A stretch of DNA of 64,000 nt from Marispirochaeta sp. (GTDB taxonomy: Bacteria > Spirochaetota > Spirochaetia > JC444 > Marispirochaetaceae), in contig CAXXFF010000001.1 in the NCBI GenBank assembly GCA_963676835.2, positions 256,001 to 320,000 of the forward strand, in the 5' to 3' direction. The position numbers and the translations under genes are program-made. The notes beneath the pieces were generated by a model. It made no database searches. It was not told the origin of the DNA and saw only the letters and a list, made by a program, of their open reading frames with translations. Of this stretch, positions 60,441 through 64,000 are shown piece by piece (the stretch's first letter is position 1; each line of letters opens with the position of its first letter).

Positions 60441-61377
60441 AGGCCTGTATTATTTTTTTGACCACCGGATGACGTACAACATCGTGGGCGGTAAAATAGG
60501 AGAAAGCAATCTCATCGATTCCATGAAGAACATTCACTGCATCGACAAGTCCGGATTTACGCTTTGACGGAAGATCTATCTGGGTTATATCACCGGTTAT
60601 GACGGCTTTTGACCCTTCACCCAGGCGGGTCAGAAACATTTTCATCTGCTCAGCGGTGGTATTCTGTGCTTCATCGAGAATTATAAAGGCATTGGAGAGG
60701 CTGCGTCCCCGCATATACGCCAGAGGTGCAATTTCGATAATGCGGTTCTCTTCCATTCTGGCGACAGTCTCGTAGGGAACCAGAAGATCCATGGCATCGT
60801 ACAGGGGCCGCAGATAAGGGTTGATCTTCTGAGCCAGGTCGCCGGGGAGAAAACCGAGACTCTCTCCTGCTTCAACCACCGGCCGGGTAAGAACGAGCTT
60901 ACGCATACGTTTACTCAGAATTTCCTGAAGTGCATAGGCTATGGCAAGAAAGGTCTTGCCCGTACCTGCAGGCCCTACACCGAAGACTATATCCTTGTGA
61001 TTCATTTTTTCTATGTAGGCGGCCTGATTGAATCCCCGGGGGAAGACCTTGGCCTGACTGCCGGGTATATGAAGAACACTGCTTCTGAGAAGAGAGAGTT
61101 CCTCTTCCTTTCCTTCACGGATGGAGTTGTACAAGCCCTGAATAAGATCACGATCGGGAGAATGGCCGTTCCGCAGATGGGTCTGCAGCTCCCCTACCAG
61201 TTCCCTGAAGATATCCTGATCTCCCTGCTCATGAGAGTCGAGATAGAGCTGATTTCCCCGGGTAAAAACGGGTAAACCGAACACGCCCTCCAGAAGTCTG
61301 AGGTTGCGGTCGTTTACTCCGCATAGTTCGTGAAGTGTTTCACTGTCTTCCAGTACTATTGCAACGTTGTCTTTCAC
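60424..61377 (-). CDS. phoH: PhoH family ATPase
   Basis: GPAGTGKTFLA, RPVVEAGESLGFLPG, YMRGR, DEAQN, GDITQIDL, VVRHP; GTG start after GGAG. Confidence 0.95.
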   Translation of the reverse strand: MKDNVAIVLEDSETLHELCGVNDRNLRLLEGVFGLPVFTRGNQLYLDSHEQGDQDIFRELVGELQTHLRNGHSPDRDLIQGLYNSIREGKEEELSLLRSSVLHIPGSQAKVFPRGFNQAAYIEKMNHKDIVFGVGPAGTGKTFLAIAYALQEILSKRMRKLVLTRPVVEAGESLGFLPGDLAQKINPYLRPLYDAMDLLVPYETVARMEENRIIEIAPLAYMRGRSLSNAFIILDEAQNTTAEQMKMFLTRLGEGSKAVITGDITQIDLPSKRKSGLVDAVNVLHGIDEIAFSYFTAHDVVRHPVVKKIIQAYEDQK

Positions 61378-61421
61378 TCTGTCTCCGTAGTGTAATGGCC
61401 CGATTCGATCCGCGTCAAGCG

Positions 61422-64000
61422 TCAAAAAGAGAAGTCCCCGTCACTGTAATCAACGGTCTGCTCAAGTTCAGGTATAGGATTCCACTGCACATAGATGGAA
61501 AAGGCCGATTCCCAGACATACCTGGACTGGGATCCGCTGGTATCAAGTTCAGGGAGACCTGCATATTCCACAGTAAGATCCCATTGATCAAGATGGTGTA
61601 CCGCTTTCAGATCGATGGACTGAAGGTTGAAGTTTGACAGTCTCCGTTCGTCATCGTTAAAGAAGTTGAAGGATTTAACCAGATCATCCAGAGGGTTGAG
61701 CGGCTCTATTCCGGTACCGTCCAGAAGCCAGGGAAGATACCGGAAGATGGCGGTGTTTTCAGAAGAAGAGCTGAATGTCAGATCCAGAAACTTGTATACC
61801 GAGAAATTCAGGCCTGTTTCAAAGTAGAAGCTTGAGTCTGAGAATTTGTTCAGGTCCTGGGTCAGTCCTGTTTCCAGACTGAAATCAAGATTGATCCGCC
61901 TCTTCCAGATTGGATCCGGTTTATAGCTCTTTTTATATGACATGGCTACTTCGCTGGGAATAAACTCAGGATTTGCAGCCTTTACCCACCCGCTCCCGGG
62001 CAGTTCGAGACTGTAGGGTTCTGTATAATCCATGGAATAACTGGCAGTAAACCCTCCGGCCCAGCTGCTGAGGGTTAAAGCATAGGGCTGCAGGGGATGA
62101 TAATCACCTGAATCGTCATCGTAGTCTATGAGATATGCAAAGTCGGCTTTTGATCCGAAGAAATTATCATCAACAGCAGCTGATAATACCGACTCGCCTT
62201 CACGCAGACGGAAATTCGAGCCGTCTTCCTCATTTAGGGTCAGTTCCTGACTGACATATACCCTGTCGGCAAAGCTGTACTTTCCAAGCAGGGTGGTTTC
62301 CTGGGGCTCCCAGTCGTTATCATCCACCTCCTCAACTCCTCCTGCGGCATAGATATCCAGAGGACCGAAATCCCCGGTATAGCTTGCGCTGATATCGCCG
62401 AGGAGCGGCGGAAGTACAACAGAAACAACAAATGTCTGATCAAAGCCTCCCGGACTGAAACCGGTAGTGGAGCTTATGGTCTGCTGCTGCAGGGTGGACC
62501 GCTCCCAGGGAAGAACCTTTGTCTGCTGTCCGTCATCACTGTCGTATTCCCGGCTGTAAAGATAATGCTTCAGGCGGTACTCAATTACCTGATCCACCGG
62601 TACGGCGCTGTTGATGAATGGTCTGGCCGTAAGGGTAAGCGAGTGCGACAGGCGTTCATAACTTGCCTCTTTATCGTTCTCAAGGAGATCCTGCCAGGAC
62701 TCTTTTTCGGGATCGGGGATTGCAGAATCGATGGTAAGCTGACGGATCTTCTCCTGATAGGTAAATGTCAGGGACTCTTCCAGAGACCATATGCGGTCAC
62801 TGAAATCACTGGCAAAATTAAGCCGGGCATCACCGGAAAGGGTTGTAAGGGAATATGCCGTGTCAAAACTTACATCCTCCGGAGAAGGATAGCTGACAAC
62901 ATCCGGGTCAGCCAGGCCCCAGTCATTCCAGCTGTTGTCCCACCCGTAGATATCAAAGGTGTAACCGTGGTTCAGGTAGGGGTTTAACTGATATGTCAGG
63001 CTTGGTGTCTGTCCGGAATCGCCATCCAGGGAAAAGCTGTAATCCTCCAGGGCTGCAGGTCCGGTAATGGACATACTGTCTTCGTTCTTTTCTTCTACAG
63101 GATCATTCTGTTCCGGTTTCCATGGCGGTACAAGCTCCAGATCATCATTTCCCGACTCCACGTCAGCCTTACCGTCACTGCTCCAGGGATAGAGGGTTCC
63201 CTGCAGAGAGAGGGATATCTCGGGAAGAACCAGGGTTTTGGCGTAGGGGAAATAGATGGACGAGTATGTGCCGGATACGGCATCATAGTGGGGAAGAAGC
63301 TCCTCTATCTCCGCTGCAGTCAGGGCACCGCTGGTCATTTTCCCATAGACCCAGTCCAGGGAGCTTGAAAAATTCTTTACCGAAAATGAGCTTATCCATG
63401 GAGACAGACCGGAGGTATCAGCAGTCCAGGAGGTGCTGAGATCCCAGGTAAAGCCGGAAGAGAGGCTGCTTGAGCTGGTTTGTGACTCCTCTCCGGTTAA
63501 GGCCAGCAGTTTTCCCCAGTCTATGCTTTCACTTCTGTTTTCATAAAGATCTTCAATAAGAGGATCGGAAACAAAGGGCATCTCCAGGCTCAGCTTAAAC
63601 CGGTCCATGGAGGCCTCCATGCCGGCATTGAGATTAAGCCTTACCGGCAGATAGAGCCCGCCAAGCCAACTTCCTTCCCACACGGAAAGAAATTCTCCAT
63701 CGTCGGGGTCCTGCCAGGTATATGTGTAGGGAGCATAGTCTGCCACAACCCGGGTAATGCCGACTCCCCCGAAGAGTTTCAGACTGTCAAACCATGAGGT
63801 ACTGCCGAAAGAGAGATCCAGGGCAGAAACAAGACCGGTGCGGGAATAGTAATCCATAAGCAGCCGGAAATAATCACCCCGGCTGTTCCTCTCTCTGGCA
63901 GCGGCCAGCTCTTCTTCGCTTGGATTATCTTTGGTGCGGTTATAGAGGCCCTGCCATTCGGTTACCCGGTCGGTATCCTCGACGGTGGTCATCTGCAGAA
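61422..64000 (-). CDS. lptD: LptD-like large outer-membrane barrel; 5' end outside the window
   Basis: Frame open past 63992 to the window edge; amphipathic beta strands; C-terminal HHLDQWDLTVEY, FSIYVQW, terminal F. Confidence 0.6.
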   Translation of the reverse strand, partial: LQMTTVEDTDRVTEWQGLYNRTKDNPSEEELAAARERNSRGDYFRLLMDYYSRTGLVSALDLSFGSTSWFDSLKLFGGVGITRVVADYAPYTYTWQDPDDGEFLSVWEGSWLGGLYLPVRLNLNAGMEASMDRFKLSLEMPFVSDPLIEDLYENRSESIDWGKLLALTGEESQTSSSSLSSGFTWDLSTSWTADTSGLSPWISSFSVKNFSSSLDWVYGKMTSGALTAAEIEELLPHYDAVSGTYSSIYFPYAKTLVLPEISLSLQGTLYPWSSDGKADVESGNDDLELVPPWKPEQNDPVEEKNEDSMSITGPAALEDYSFSLDGDSGQTPSLTYQLNPYLNHGYTFDIYGWDNSWNDWGLADPDVVSYPSPEDVSFDTAYSLTTLSGDARLNFASDFSDRIWSLEESLTFTYQEKIRQLTIDSAIPDPEKESWQDLLENDKEASYERLSHSLTLTARPFINSAVPVDQVIEYRLKHYLYSREYDSDDGQQTKVLPWERSTLQQQTISSTTGFSPGGFDQTFVVSVVLPPLLGDISASYTGDFGPLDIYAAGGVEEVDDNDWEPQETTLLGKYSFADRVYVSQELTLNEEDGSNFRLREGESVLSAAVDDNFFGSKADFAYLIDYDDDSGDYHPLQPYALTLSSWAGGFTASYSMDYTEPYSLELPGSGWVKAANPEFIPSEVAMSYKKSYKPDPIWKRRINLDFSLETGLTQDLNKFSDSSFYFETGLNFSVYKFLDLTFSSSSENTAIFRYLPWLLDGTGIEPLNPLDDLVKSFNFFNDDERRLSNFNLQSIDLKAVHHLDQWDLTVEYAGLPELDTSGSQSRYVWESAFSIYVQWNPIPELEQTVDYSDGDFSF

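Noticed and set aside
56981..61377. phoH-HD-ybeY-corC cluster as a novel system
   Set aside because: Well-known conserved neighbourhood in many bacteria, including spirochaetes.
1..64000. CRISPR arrays, rRNA/tRNA genes, IS elements, defence systems
   Set aside because: The window is almost entirely coding with short intergenic gaps; no spaced direct repeats or matching motifs seen by eye.

Overview
Core chromosomal segment of a spirochaete, probably a free-living Spirochaetaceae member. The evidence is cfpA, the tmk-tamB arrangement, and gene order resembling, from memory, Treponema TP0746-TP0754 and TP0184-TP0186. Content is mostly housekeeping: tamB (partial), tmk, queA, ruvCAB, yebC, hemW, a lepB-like gene, smpB, tmRNA, purB-guaB-purA-guaA, cfpA, nrnA, miaB, split purH, folD, degP, map, nusB, secG, tpiA-pgk-gap, phoH-HD-ybeY-corC and lptD (partial). 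I found no integrase, transposase, CRISPR array, rRNA or tRNA. The main candidate for an undescribed system is the cfpA locus. The cytoplasmic-filament gene is followed by a hypothetical protein whose C-terminal ~100 aa align by eye to the PTS phosphocarrier HPr, including the His15-equivalent. Next is a PPDK homologue that keeps the phospho-His and PEP sites but has lost the ATP-grasp residues, so it looks like a PTS Enzyme I. Together they suggest a PEP-driven phosphorelay attached to the cytoskeletal filament. CfpA and the HPr-like partner both carry AT-hook (RGRP) motifs. Other oddities: a signal peptidase I lacking its catalytic residues, two probable CTG starts in CTGA stop/start overlaps, two homopolymer frameshifts (hemW and a giant surface protein), a predicted passenger-plus-MipA-barrel outer-membrane protein, and a lipoprotein gene with a mosaic GC profile. 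All family calls come from motif recognition; no searches were run.
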